Assembly (NCBI GenBank): GCA_041909105.1
Contig: JAYREE010000005.1
Coordinates: forward strand, 17,885-81,884
Length of the DNA stretch: 64,000 nucleotides
Reading direction: 5' to 3'
From: Azonexus sp.
Lineage (GTDB): Bacteria > Pseudomonadota > Gammaproteobacteria > Burkholderiales > Rhodocyclaceae
Below are positions 1-9,096 of the stretch, piece after piece. The notes below the pieces were generated by a model. It worked only from the letters and a program-made list of their open reading frames with translations. It was not told where the DNA came from and ran no database searches. Position numbers and translations under genes: made by a program. The first letter of the stretch is position 1, and the number at the start of each line of letters is the position of its first letter.

Positions 1-1003
1 GCACCGCCTTGGCATGGCCGCCGACATAGGCCACGAAGGCCACCACCATGATCAACGGCCCCGGTGTCGTTTCGCCCAAAGCCAAGCCATCGATCATCTG
101 CCCCGCCGTCAGCCAGCCGAAATGCTCGACCGCTGCCTGATAAACATAGGGCAGCACGGCGTAGGCGCCACCAAAGGTTAACAGGGCGGCCTTGGTGAAG
201 AACCAACCCATCTGTGTCAGCGTATGCTGCCAACCCAAAGCCGCTGCAAGCACCCCCATGGTAAGTAGCCACAAGCCGATCCCGATGGCCGCGATGCGTA
301 TCAGCCTTTGCCACGAAAAAAAGGTGTGCGCCAAGCGTGGCGTATCGTCACCGATGATGGCCAGTAGAGCGATCGCCTCCTGCTGCTTCGCTGGGGCGTG
401 CGCAGCGCCCCGGAAAATCGAAGGTCGCCGACGCCCAACGACAAAACCAAGCAATGCCGCAACGCCAATGACCAGAGGAAATGGACAAGCAAGCCAGGCG
501 ATACCGACAAAGGCGGCCAGCGCAATACCCCACAAAACAGGATGACGCAAAACCCGCCGACCGAGACGCCAGGCGGCAAGGCAAACAATAGCCGCTACGG
601 CCGGCTTGATGCCGGCAAAGATCGCCCCGACGGCGGGCAAATGTCCATACGCGACGTAGCCCCAGGACAGCACGACCAAAATGAACAGCGAGGGCAACAC
701 GAACAGCCCGCCAGCCAATATCCCGCCCCAGGTGCGGTGCATCAGCCAGCCCAGATAGGTGGCCAGTTGCTGCGCTTCCGGCCCCGGCAGCAGCATGCAG
801 TAATTCAAGGCATGCAGGAAACGCCGCTCGGAAATCCAGCGCCGCTTGTCGACCAGTTCATGATGCATCAAGGCGATCTGCCCGGCCGGCCCACCGAAGC
901 TGATGAAGCCGAGTTTCAACCAGAAACGCAGCGCCTCGCCAAAGGGGATTGCCGGCACCTCCGTCGGTACCGCGACATTTTCATTCGGATCGTTAGCGGA
1001 CAT
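1..1003 (-). CDS. chrA: Chromate efflux transporter ChrA; partial, C-terminus runs off the window start
   Basis: Manual translation of the minus strand from ATG at 1003 gives MSANDPNE...FWLKLGFISFGGPAGQIALMH...LNYCMLLPGPEAQQLA and, near position 1-110, QMIDGLALGETTPGPLIMVVAF (CHR family motifs). Absent from the ORF track because there is no stop in the window. Confidence 0.92.
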   Translation of the reverse strand, partial: MSANDPNENVAVPTEVPAIPFGEALRFWLKLGFISFGGPAGQIALMHHELVDKRRWISERRFLHALNYCMLLPGPEAQQLATYLGWLMHRTWGGILAGGLFVLPSLFILVVLSWGYVAYGHLPAVGAIFAGIKPAVAAIVCLAAWRLGRRVLRHPVLWGIALAAFVGIAWLACPFPLVIGVAALLGFVVGRRRPSIFRGAAHAPAKQQEAIALLAIIGDDTPRLAHTFFSWQRLIRIAAIGIGLWLLTMGVLAAALGWQHTLTQMGWFFTKAALLTFGGAYAVLPYVYQAAVEHFGWLTAGQMIDGLALGETTPGPLIMVVAFVAYVGGHAKAV

Positions 1004-1101
1004 AACTTGCTGGCTGGCGAAAACGACCTTCAGCTTACCGCATGATCCGGGACAGCACTGTCACGGCGCGGTAATATCCCGGCTTGAAGACTGGAGTAGC
1101 C

Positions 1102-1224
1102 ATGAACCAAGGCTGGATCATTTTCGGGTTATGCGTCCTGACGCTGATTGGCGCCACCCTCCCCCTACTGCACGAGCGCAGGTCCGCCAAGAAACCCGCC
1201 AAGCGAGACAAAGACAATGAGTAA
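1102..1224 (+). CDS. Putative 40-aa small membrane protein (MNQGWIIFGLCVLTLIGATLPLLHERRSAKKPAKRDKDNE)
   Basis: GGAG 6 nt before the ATG; one hydrophobic stretch followed by a basic tail; its end overlaps the slyX start. Below the ORF-track cutoff. Confidence 0.6.
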   Translation: MNQGWIIFGLCVLTLIGATLPLLHERRSAKKPAKRDKDNE

Positions 1225-1426
1225 CACCGAGGCCCGGCTGACCGACCTGGAGGTCAAACTCAGCTTTACCGAAGACCTGGTCGACGACCTAAACCGTACG
1301 ATCTTCCGGCAACAGCAGCAGATCGACCTGCTGATCAACGAAATTCGTTCGCTACGCGACCAACTGACCAATATGCAACCCGAGGAACGGCGTAGCCTGC
1401 GCGACGAAATTCCGCCTCATTACTGA
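1217..1426 (+). CDS. slyX: SlyX family protein
   Basis: MSNTEARLTDLEVKLSFTEDLVDDLN...QQQQID...EIPPHY; the C-terminal PPHY and 69-aa length are typical of SlyX. Confidence 0.92.
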   Translation: MSNTEARLTDLEVKLSFTEDLVDDLNRTIFRQQQQIDLLINEIRSLRDQLTNMQPEERRSLRDEIPPHY

Positions 1427-1427
1427 A

Positions 1428-2411
1428 ATGCAGCCGATCCCTGTCACCATTCTTTACCACGCCGACTGTCTGGATGGATTCGGCGCCGCCTACGCCGCCT
1501 GGTGCCGCTATGGCGATTCGGCCACCTACCGCGCCATGCATCACGGCGAAGCCTGGGATATGGAAGAGATCGCCGAGCACGAGGTGTTCGTGCTCGACTT
1601 TTCCTTCCCGCTCGAACAATTGCGCAATATGGCCCGCCTGGCCCGTGCCGTCACCCAGATCGACCATCACGCCTCGGCCATGCGACCCTGGGCCGAACAG
1701 CTCAGCGATGACGGACACGGGCGCAAGCAATTTGCCGATCCGTTGCTCCCGTTACGCGTCGTGTTCGATCTCAGCAAGTCAGGCGCCCGCCTGGCTTGGG
1801 AGTTCTTTCATCCGGAACAAGAGACGCCTTTGCCCCTGCTGCATATCGAAGATCAGGATTTGTGGCGTTTCGCCCTGCCCGACACCCGCGCCTTCTGCCG
1901 CTCGCTGCGCATGGAGGCCTTTGATTTCGCCGGCTGGCAGAATCTTGTCAGCGCCATGCCGAACCGCGAAGCGCCGCGTTATCGTGAATTCATCGCCGTC
2001 GGGCTCGGTGTCGAACGCTTTTTCCAACGCGAGGTAGCGCGCCTGGCCGACGGCAACCTCAGCATGCCGGCCACTCTGCGCGGCGAACCGGTCGACGCAC
2101 TGCAGGCCGTGCGCCATGGCCAGTCCACAGTGAACGACGGCGACGCCTGCTGGCTGGCCGTTTCCGGTCTGGCGATCAACGCCAGCGTGCTGTTCGCCTC
2201 CGAACTCGGCAATGTACTCGCCGAACGTAGTGGCAGCTTCGGACTGATCTGGCAATTCTCCGCCAACGGCGAAATCAAGGCCTCGCTGCGAGCCAAGGGC
2301 AAGGTTGATGTCGCCGCCATCGCCGCCCGTTATGGTGGCGGCGGCCATCCCAATGCTGCCGGTTTCCGCCTGCCGGCCAAACGCTTTTTCAGCGAGATAC
2401 TCGGGCAGTAG
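1428..2411 (+). CDS. DHH/DHHA1 family phosphoesterase (nanoRNase/oligoribonuclease-like)
   Basis: Motifs YHADCLDG, VLDFSF, IDHH, EDQDLW and C-terminal GGGGHPNAAGF. Confidence 0.85.
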   Translation: MQPIPVTILYHADCLDGFGAAYAAWCRYGDSATYRAMHHGEAWDMEEIAEHEVFVLDFSFPLEQLRNMARLARAVTQIDHHASAMRPWAEQLSDDGHGRKQFADPLLPLRVVFDLSKSGARLAWEFFHPEQETPLPLLHIEDQDLWRFALPDTRAFCRSLRMEAFDFAGWQNLVSAMPNREAPRYREFIAVGLGVERFFQREVARLADGNLSMPATLRGEPVDALQAVRHGQSTVNDGDACWLAVSGLAINASVLFASELGNVLAERSGSFGLIWQFSANGEIKASLRAKGKVDVAAIAARYGGGGHPNAAGFRLPAKRFFSEILGQ

Positions 2412-2424
2412 GCGGCCAGCGGCG

Positions 2425-3351
2425 TCAGGTCAGCACGTAATCGCGTGCGACCGGCGCATCACCCAGCGCTTCCATTCCGGCCAGTTCGCAGATCGCACAT
2501 TCAATGGTGTGGCACATGGCATCAAGCGCCAGATCGTTGGCCTCGATGCCGAACGGCTCTTCCAGTTCCTCGCCGACCATTTCCAGCGCCAGGAAAGTGT
2601 AGGCGACAAAAGTGGCAATCAATGGTGTCAACCAACCCAGCGTTGTGGCCAAGCCCACCGGCAAGAGCAAGCAGTAGATCATCGTAGTGCGGTTCATCAG
2701 CACCCGATAGGTATAGGGAATCGGCGTACCGGCGATGCGCTCGCAGGCGCCGGCGGCTTCACCGAGTTGTTCCACGCTGCGATCCATCGCCAGCCATTCC
2801 ATTTCGCCAATCTGGCCACTACGTCGCAATTCGGCCAGGCGACGCGACAGCGCCTGCAGGATGATTTGCTCCGGAAAACTTTTACCGACGAGTGCTCCGA
2901 GCGTCTCGGAATTTAGCCTTTTGGCCATGTCCACCGCAGCATCGGTCTTGCGCAGGCGATGCTTGAGCGCATAGACGAAGGCCGCCACATCGCGCACCGT
3001 CAATTGCCGAATTTCCCGCGCCTCCCCGTTCGGCAACAGGCTGACCATCTTTTGCACCAACGCCCGCCCGGCAATCAGCAGCAAACCCCATTGCTTGCGC
3101 GCCTCCCAGAACCGGTCGTAGCTGACCGAATTACGAAAGCCAAGAAAGATGGCGAGGGCGATGCCCATCAAGGTAAACGGTGGAATACTCAGGGCCGACC
3201 CGGCATGCTGGCTCATCCACCAATCGCGGCACAGCACGCTGAGCACCGAGACCACGAGGATCAGGACGAGACGCCCGACAATCCGCGGCAACACCGATCC
3301 GCGCCAGACGAAGAGCAATCGGAACCAGTGGTGATTCGGGCGGACGATCAT
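2425..3351 (-). CDS. Bestrophin family ion channel (YneE-like)
   Basis: Start trimmed to MIVRP; motifs LAIFLGFRNSVSYDRFWEARKQWG, CERIAGTPIPY, ELEEPFG...NDL. Confidence 0.92.
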   Translation of the reverse strand: MIVRPNHHWFRLLFVWRGSVLPRIVGRLVLILVVSVLSVLCRDWWMSQHAGSALSIPPFTLMGIALAIFLGFRNSVSYDRFWEARKQWGLLLIAGRALVQKMVSLLPNGEAREIRQLTVRDVAAFVYALKHRLRKTDAAVDMAKRLNSETLGALVGKSFPEQIILQALSRRLAELRRSGQIGEMEWLAMDRSVEQLGEAAGACERIAGTPIPYTYRVLMNRTTMIYCLLLPVGLATTLGWLTPLIATFVAYTFLALEMVGEELEEPFGIEANDLALDAMCHTIECAICELAGMEALGDAPVARDYVLT

Positions 3352-3430
3352 GGCGGCAAAAACTCGCGAAAAAGAAAAAGCCGTGCGTCCTCGGTTTCCC
3401 TCGGTCGAACGGCCGTCTCGTATTATATTT

Positions 3431-3515
3431 TGGTGCCCAGGAAGGGACTCGAACCCCCACACCTTTCGGCGCCAGAACCTAAATCTGGTGCGTCTACCAA
3501 TTTCGCCACCTGGGC
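3431..3515 (-). tRNA. tRNA-Leu (anticodon TAG)
   Basis: Reverse complement GCCCAGGTGGCGAAATTGGTAGACGC-ACCAGA-TTTAGGT-TCTGG...GGTTCGAGTCCCTTCCTGGGCACCA; 85 nt with long variable arm and encoded CCA. Confidence 0.97.
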
Positions 3516-3569
3516 AGGCGGGCCGCATTCTACCACTAACTTCGCTTCGCCCCCTATACTTGCGGCCCC

Positions 3570-4379
3570 ATGCCTGTCGATCACTACGAAAACTTCCCCG
3601 TCGCCTCCTTCCTCGTGCCGGCCAAACTGCGCCGGCCGATCGAGGCGATCTATCGCTTTGCCCGCAGCGCCGACGACATTGCCGACGAAGGCGATGCCAC
3701 AGCGGACGAACGCCTGGCCGGCCTGGCCGCCTATCAGGCTGAACTCGACCGCATCGAACGGGGCGAAACGCCGCAAACTCGGCTGTTTATCGAACTCGCC
3801 GAAGTCATCCACGCCCACGCCCTGCCGATTCAACTCTTCCGCGACCTGCTCGATGCCTTCGCGCAGGACGTGGTCAAGAAGCGCTACGCCGACTATCCGG
3901 AGCTGCTCGATTACTGCCGCCGCTCGGCCAACCCGGTTGGCCGGCTGGTGCTGCATCTGTTCGGACGAACCGAGCCCGAGCATCTGGAACAATCCGACTG
4001 CATCTGCACGGCGCTGCAACTGATCAACTTCTGGCAGGACGTCGCTATCGACTGGCAGAAGGATCGCGTTTACATCCCGCAGACCGATTTCCCGCATTTC
4101 AAGGTAACGGAAGCCGACATCGCCGCCAACCGCTGGTCGGCCAACTGGGCGGCGCTGATGGATTTCGAGATTGACCGCGCTTTCGCCCTGATGCGCCGCG
4201 GCGCGCCGCTCGTCCATGCTCTGCCCGGCCGCCTCGGCTGGGAGATCCGCCTGACCGTGCAAGGCGGCCTGCGCATCCTCGAACGCATCCGCCAGGTGCG
4301 CGGCGACGTTTTCGCCCGCCGCCCGAAACTCGGCGCACGCGACTGGCTGTTGCTCGCCGCCCGCTCCTTTAGAATGTAG
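3570..4379 (+). CDS. hpnC: Squalene synthase HpnC
   Basis: HYENFPVAS, YRFARSADDIADEG, DYCRRSANPVGRLVL, LQLINFWQDV; first gene of the hpnCDE triplet. Confidence 0.93.
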   Translation: MPVDHYENFPVASFLVPAKLRRPIEAIYRFARSADDIADEGDATADERLAGLAAYQAELDRIERGETPQTRLFIELAEVIHAHALPIQLFRDLLDAFAQDVVKKRYADYPELLDYCRRSANPVGRLVLHLFGRTEPEHLEQSDCICTALQLINFWQDVAIDWQKDRVYIPQTDFPHFKVTEADIAANRWSANWAALMDFEIDRAFALMRRGAPLVHALPGRLGWEIRLTVQGGLRILERIRQVRGDVFARRPKLGARDWLLLAARSFRM

Positions 4380-4382
4380 GCC

Positions 4383-5216
4383 ATGAATCCCGATCAATAC
4401 TGCCAGGAAAAGTGCGCCGCCAGCGGCTCCTCCTTCTATTACAGCTTCCTCTTCCTGCCGCCCGAGCGCCGGCGCGCCATCATGGCGCTTTACGCCTTTT
4501 GCCGCGAAGTCGATGACGTGGTGGACGAATGCAACGACCCGGCCATTGCCTCGACCAAGCTGGTCTGGTGGCGCCAGGAGGTCGAGCGCGTCGCCGAAGG
4601 CCAGCCGCAGCATCCGGTCGGACTGGCGCTGAAAGGCATCGCCCCGAGCATCAACCTGCCGAAAGAGCAGCTGCTGGAAATCATCGACGGCATGGAGATG
4701 GATTTGCTCCAGTCGCGTTATCTCGACTTCAAGGGCCTGTCGCTCTACTGCTACCGCGTCGCCAGCGTCGTCGGCCTGCTCGCCGCCGAAATCTTCGGCT
4801 ACCAGGATCGGCAGACGCAAAAATACGCCCACGACCTGGGCATGGCCTTCCAGCTCACCAACATCATCCGCGATATCGGCGAAGACGCGCGGCGCGGCCG
4901 CATCTACATCCCGATGGATGAACTCAAGCAGTTCAACGTACCGGCCGCCGACATCCTCAACGCCAAGTATTCGGACAACTTCACGGCGCTGATGCAGTTC
5001 CAGTACGAGCGCGCCGAGCGCTACTACGACCAGGCGCTGGCCCAGTTGCCCAAGATCGATCGCAAGAGCCAGCGCCCCGGCCTGATCATGGCGGCCATCT
5101 ACCGCACCCTGCTCGACGAAATTCGCCGCGAGAATTTCCAGGTGCTGCATCAGCGTATCTCGCTGCCGCCGACGCGCAAGCTGTGGCTAGCGGCGAAGAC
5201 CTGGATCAAGGGTTAA
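4383..5216 (+). CDS. hpnD: Presqualene diphosphate synthase HpnD
   Basis: SGSSFYYSF, YAFCREVDDVVD, YCYRVASVVG, LTNIIRDIGEDARRGRIY. Confidence 0.93.
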   Translation: MNPDQYCQEKCAASGSSFYYSFLFLPPERRRAIMALYAFCREVDDVVDECNDPAIASTKLVWWRQEVERVAEGQPQHPVGLALKGIAPSINLPKEQLLEIIDGMEMDLLQSRYLDFKGLSLYCYRVASVVGLLAAEIFGYQDRQTQKYAHDLGMAFQLTNIIRDIGEDARRGRIYIPMDELKQFNVPAADILNAKYSDNFTALMQFQYERAERYYDQALAQLPKIDRKSQRPGLIMAAIYRTLLDEIRRENFQVLHQRISLPPTRKLWLAAKTWIKG

Positions 5217-5220
5217 ACCC

Positions 5221-6489
5221 ATGCGCGTGGCCGTCATCGGCGGCGGCTGGGCGGGCATTGCCGCTGCCGTCGAACTGACCGCCAGCGGCGCTCACGTCAC
5301 CCTGATCGAAGCCGGCCGCGTTCTCGGCGGTCGGGCGCGCTCGGTCAATATCGACGGCCGCACACTGGATAACGGCCAGCACATCCTGCTCGGCGCTTAT
5401 CGCGACACACTGGCGTTGATGCGCCGGGTTGGCGCCGACCCCGACGCCTTGTTCGAGCGCCAACCCTTGCAGGTGCTCGACAACACGGGTTTTCGCCTTG
5501 CCTTGCCCAAGCTGCCCGCGCCGCTCAACGTCGCCTGGGGTTTATTGACCGCTGCTGCGGTGCACTGGCCGGAAAAGGCAAAAACCGCGTGGTGGATGCA
5601 GCAGGTGAAATGGCAGAAATTTCAACTAGCGAAAGACTGCACGGTCGCCGAATGGCTGGATCGCGCTGGACAGACTGGCCAACTTCGCCGCCACCTGTGG
5701 GAACCGCTCTGCCTCGCCGCCCTGAACACCCCGGCCGAACGCGCCTCGGCGCAAATTTTCGCCAACGTGCTGCGCGACAGCCTGGGCAGCCCGCTCCGCG
5801 AAGATACCGACCTGCTGCTACCACGCGAGCCCCTCGGCCAGTTGCTGCCGGAGCCGGCCGCTGCCTGGCTGACGGCCAATGGAGCCGACCTCCGCTACGG
5901 CCAGCGGGTGCGTAGCATCGCGCCCGATGAGGGACTAATCGCCATCGATGGCGAAGGCTTCGACGCCGCCATCCTTGCCGTCGCCCCACACCATCTCGCC
6001 ACCCTGTGGCCGGAAGCTCCCGTGCCCGATGCCTACGAGCCGATTGCCACGGTGTACCTGCAATTTTCGCCAAAAACCAAGCTGCCTTTCCCGCTCTATA
6101 ACCTGCTCGGCGGCATCGGCCAATGGGTGGTCGATCGCGGCGATGGTCTGCTCGCCTGCGTGCTGAGCGGGCATGGCGACTGGGAAGCGCTCGGCGATGA
6201 AGCGCTGGCTGTGGCACTCAACGACGAACTGCGCACCGCCGGTCTGGTCGATAGTCGAAGCGATTGGCACAAAGTCATCCGCGAAAAACGCGCCACCTTC
6301 ACCTGCCGCCCCAATCTCCCGCGCGCCGCCAGCCGCACCGCTCACCCTCGCCTCTATTTAGCAGGCGACCACACTTGGGCCGATTACCCGGCAACCCTGG
6401 AGGGTGCGGTGCGTAGCGGATTACGTGCAGCACGAAAGGTCTTGCAGGAGGATGCCCAGTCATGCCAAAACCGGAAATCAGCATCCTAA
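5221..6489 (+). CDS. hpnE: Hydroxysqualene dehydroxylase HpnE (FAD-dependent)
   Basis: GGGWAGIAAA FAD motif, GGRARS, DNGQHILLGAY, LAGDHT...YPATLEGAVRSG; follows hpnCD. Confidence 0.92.
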   Translation: MRVAVIGGGWAGIAAAVELTASGAHVTLIEAGRVLGGRARSVNIDGRTLDNGQHILLGAYRDTLALMRRVGADPDALFERQPLQVLDNTGFRLALPKLPAPLNVAWGLLTAAAVHWPEKAKTAWWMQQVKWQKFQLAKDCTVAEWLDRAGQTGQLRRHLWEPLCLAALNTPAERASAQIFANVLRDSLGSPLREDTDLLLPREPLGQLLPEPAAAWLTANGADLRYGQRVRSIAPDEGLIAIDGEGFDAAILAVAPHHLATLWPEAPVPDAYEPIATVYLQFSPKTKLPFPLYNLLGGIGQWVVDRGDGLLACVLSGHGDWEALGDEALAVALNDELRTAGLVDSRSDWHKVIREKRATFTCRPNLPRAASRTAHPRLYLAGDHTWADYPATLEGAVRSGLRAARKVLQEDAQSCQNRKSAS

Positions 6490-7019
6490 CCCTGCGTCCG
6501 CATTCCATCTGGAACGACTGGAACTTCAACTTGCTTGATCAAGAGGGAAGAATCGTCGGAGGCATCGACATTCCAACGTGGGCACAGGCAAAAAATGCTC
6601 GACTACGTTGGCAGCATCCGGAAGATGCCATTGCTGCAGAACTGAATATTGGCAGTCAAACCAGTCGTATCCGATTCGAATACCTCAGTCGAGGCTGGAC
6701 AAATAACATCCGTTGGACGCTGGAATCCAATGACGGAGACGTTCTAGCTAGCCTGGATCAGCTTCGGCCTGAAACGAAACGGGGAGGTACGCCCCGTTTC
6801 CTGCTCACAAAGCCATTCCCAGCCGAGTTATTGGCGATCAGTGGGCTTTGGGGAAATATCCGAATGGACCTGAAAATCGCCGGTGGCAGCGAGATGCTCT
6901 GTGTATCCACCCCCAAGCGCTTTAGTATTCGCCGCGAATTGAGGGTCGAGAACGACGCGCTAGCCCCGGCTATTCAAGCCTTCATCGGTTTCATTGCTCT
7001 GACCTACTATTGCAGTTAG
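6462..7019 (+). CDS. Hypothetical protein, 185 aa
   Basis: Open ORF filling the gap between hpnE and the convergent PaiB gene; less GC-biased codon use than neighbours; no recognised motif. Confidence 0.6.
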   Translation: MPKPEISILTLRPHSIWNDWNFNLLDQEGRIVGGIDIPTWAQAKNARLRWQHPEDAIAAELNIGSQTSRIRFEYLSRGWTNNIRWTLESNDGDVLASLDQLRPETKRGGTPRFLLTKPFPAELLAISGLWGNIRMDLKIAGGSEMLCVSTPKRFSIRRELRVENDALAPAIQAFIGFIALTYYCS

Positions 7020-7124
7020 TCGTCCAAACGCCATAACGCTGCGTCAAAAACTCGACCGCCGAGCGGCTAAATGCTCAATGCCGCGGTGCACAAGCGGTTT
7101 ACGCCAAAAACCAAAGTGGAAACG

Positions 7125-7781
7125 TCACTCCCGGTTTTCAGACTCCCGTAAACGCTGCACCACAATCTCGCCCATCGCTGGCTGCGCATGCGGGTCGGCC
7201 GGATCGGTCAGCCCGGCGATCACGCCTAGGCGATCTGGCAGCGCACGGTTCTGGCTCATCTTCCACTTCCCGTCGATCTGGCTGATGACGATCTCCAGCC
7301 CGACAATGGCCTTCATCTGGCTGGCGATGAATTCCTCCGGCGCTTCACCCAGCGCCCACGGCTGTACCCGCTTTCCTTCATGCCCGGCGGTCAGGGCATC
7401 GAGTTGAGCGCGTAGCCACTCGGCATCGTCATGCACCATCACCCGGCCACGCACCTGCACCGTGGCGTAATTCCAGGTCGGCACGGCGCGATGCGTCTCG
7501 GCCTTGCTCGGGTACCAGCCCGGCGTCACATAGCCCTGCTCGCCCTGAAACACCACCAGGCAATCGCCGCCGCCAATGAACTCCTGCCAGTGCGGATTGG
7601 CTCGCGCCAGGTGGGCACGCAGGATGCCGGACTCGCCTGCGCCGGCATCGAGCAAGAAAGGGACGGGCGACGCCAACAATCCGGAGGAACCACTGGAAAT
7701 GAGTAGTCCCAAGGGGTGTTGGCGGATCAGGTCATGCATCCGCCCCAGGTCGGGGTCGCGAAAACTGGCTGGGTTGTACAT
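7125..7781 (-). CDS. FMN-binding negative transcriptional regulator (PaiB family)
   Basis: MYNPASF, HLARANPHW, YVTPGWY...VPTWNYATV, GKWKMSQNR. Confidence 0.9.
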   Translation of the reverse strand: MYNPASFRDPDLGRMHDLIRQHPLGLLISSGSSGLLASPVPFLLDAGAGESGILRAHLARANPHWQEFIGGGDCLVVFQGEQGYVTPGWYPSKAETHRAVPTWNYATVQVRGRVMVHDDAEWLRAQLDALTAGHEGKRVQPWALGEAPEEFIASQMKAIVGLEIVISQIDGKWKMSQNRALPDRLGVIAGLTDPADPHAQPAMGEIVVQRLRESENRE

Positions 7782-7804
7782 ATCAGTCTGTCGCTTTCAA
7801 AAAG

Positions 7805-8479
7805 TCAGGCGACCAGCCGCCCGGACTGGATGCGCAGCACGCGCCCGCAGCGGGCGGCGATGGCTTCATCGTGCGTGACCAGTACCAGTGTCGTGCCTTG
7901 CACGGCATTCAGCTCGAACATCATGTCGATGATCTGCCGGCCGGTCGCTGCATCAAGGTTGCCGGTCGGTTCATCGGCCAGCACCAGCGCCGGATTCGGT
8001 GCAAAAGCGCGAGCCAGGGCGACACGCTGTTGTTCCCCGCCCGAAAGATGCTTGGGGTAGTGCTTCAGGCGATGGCCGAGACCGACGCGCTCCAGCCAGC
8101 CGCGGGCGATTTCGCCGGCACCGCGATTACCGGCCAGTTCCAGCGGCAGCATGACGTTTTCCAGAGCATTGAGCGAGGGCAGCAACTGGAAGGATTGAAA
8201 GACAAAACCGAGCAGGCGGCCACGCTGGCGGGCCCGTTCATCCTCGTCGAGCGCGGCGAGCGATACCCCGTCGAGCCGCACCTCGCCAACGCTCGGTTCG
8301 TCCAGTCCGGCGAGCAGGCCGAGCAGGGTCGATTTGCCGGAACCCGAGGCGCCGACAATGGCGACCGTTTCGCCCGGCATGACCGCGAAGGAAATATCCT
8401 GCAAAATCGTCAGCGACTCGCCGCCGTTATCGACGGTCTTGCCCAATCCCGACACGTCCACCACCGGTTTTTCCGCCAT
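7805..8479 (-). CDS. ABC transporter ATP-binding protein (YbbA/LolD-like)
   Basis: Walker A GASGSGKST, LSGGEQQRVALARA, LADEPTGNLD; start at MAEKP, divergent from tesA. Confidence 0.92.
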   Translation of the reverse strand: MAEKPVVDVSGLGKTVDNGGESLTILQDISFAVMPGETVAIVGASGSGKSTLLGLLAGLDEPSVGEVRLDGVSLAALDEDERARQRGRLLGFVFQSFQLLPSLNALENVMLPLELAGNRGAGEIARGWLERVGLGHRLKHYPKHLSGGEQQRVALARAFAPNPALVLADEPTGNLDAATGRQIIDMMFELNAVQGTTLVLVTHDEAIAARCGRVLRIQSGRLVA

Positions 8480-9092
8480 GCGCTCCGCTCTCTCCACCTG
8501 CCTGTTGTTCGTTACCCTGCTGTTCTCTGCGCCCTTCGCCCACGCAGGCAAGACCATCGTCGTCATGGGCGACTCGCTTTCCGCCGGCTACGGCATCCGC
8601 CCGGAACAGGCCTGGCCAGCGCTGCTCGGGCAACGGCTGGCGGAAAAACGTTTCGATTATAGCGTCGCCAACCTTTCCATCTCCGGTGAAACGACCGCCG
8701 GTGGGCGTTCCCGCCTCGGCCCGGCGCTCAAGGAGCAGCACCCGGCCCTCGTCGTCATCGCACTGGGCGCCAACGATGGCCTGCGCGGCCTGCCGCTCGC
8801 CCAGATGCGCGACAACCTGCTGGCCATGATCGATGCCAGCCAGTCGGCCAAAGCCCGCGTATTGCTGATCGGCATGCGCCTGCCACCCAATTACGGGCCT
8901 TACGCCGAAGACTTCCGCAGCGTGTTTGCCGAATTAGCAAAGCAGAAGAAAATCACCCTGCTCCCCTTCCTGCTCGAACCGGTCGCCCTGCAGCCGAGGC
9001 TGTTCCAGGCCGACAACCTGCACCCAGTGGCCGAGGCCCAGCCCCTGGTGCTCGATCATGTCTGGGCGGCGCTGGCACCGCTGCTAAAATAG
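8478..9092 (+). CDS. tesA: Arylesterase / acyl-CoA thioesterase I (SGNH/GDSL hydrolase) with signal peptide
   Basis: GDSLSAGYG, ISGETTAGG, LGANDGLRG, DNLHP; start trimmed to MRSALS. Confidence 0.9.
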   Translation: MRSALSTCLLFVTLLFSAPFAHAGKTIVVMGDSLSAGYGIRPEQAWPALLGQRLAEKRFDYSVANLSISGETTAGGRSRLGPALKEQHPALVVIALGANDGLRGLPLAQMRDNLLAMIDASQSAKARVLLIGMRLPPNYGPYAEDFRSVFAELAKQKKITLLPFLLEPVALQPRLFQADNLHPVAEAQPLVLDHVWAALAPLLK

Positions 9093-9096
9093 CGGG

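Noticed and set aside
2959-5150. Long alternative-frame ORFs (2959..4023 +, 3423..5150 -) and many similar shadow ORFs across the window
   Set aside because: They lie antisense to or out of frame with well-supported genes or a tRNA, show no recognisable motifs, and are expected in high-GC DNA.
7020-7124. Possible integron attC site after the orphan gene (CCATAAC...GTTTACG)
   Set aside because: The R'' and R' boxes do not complement properly and the internal dyad is poor. No integrase or second cassette is present. An IntegronFinder run would settle it.
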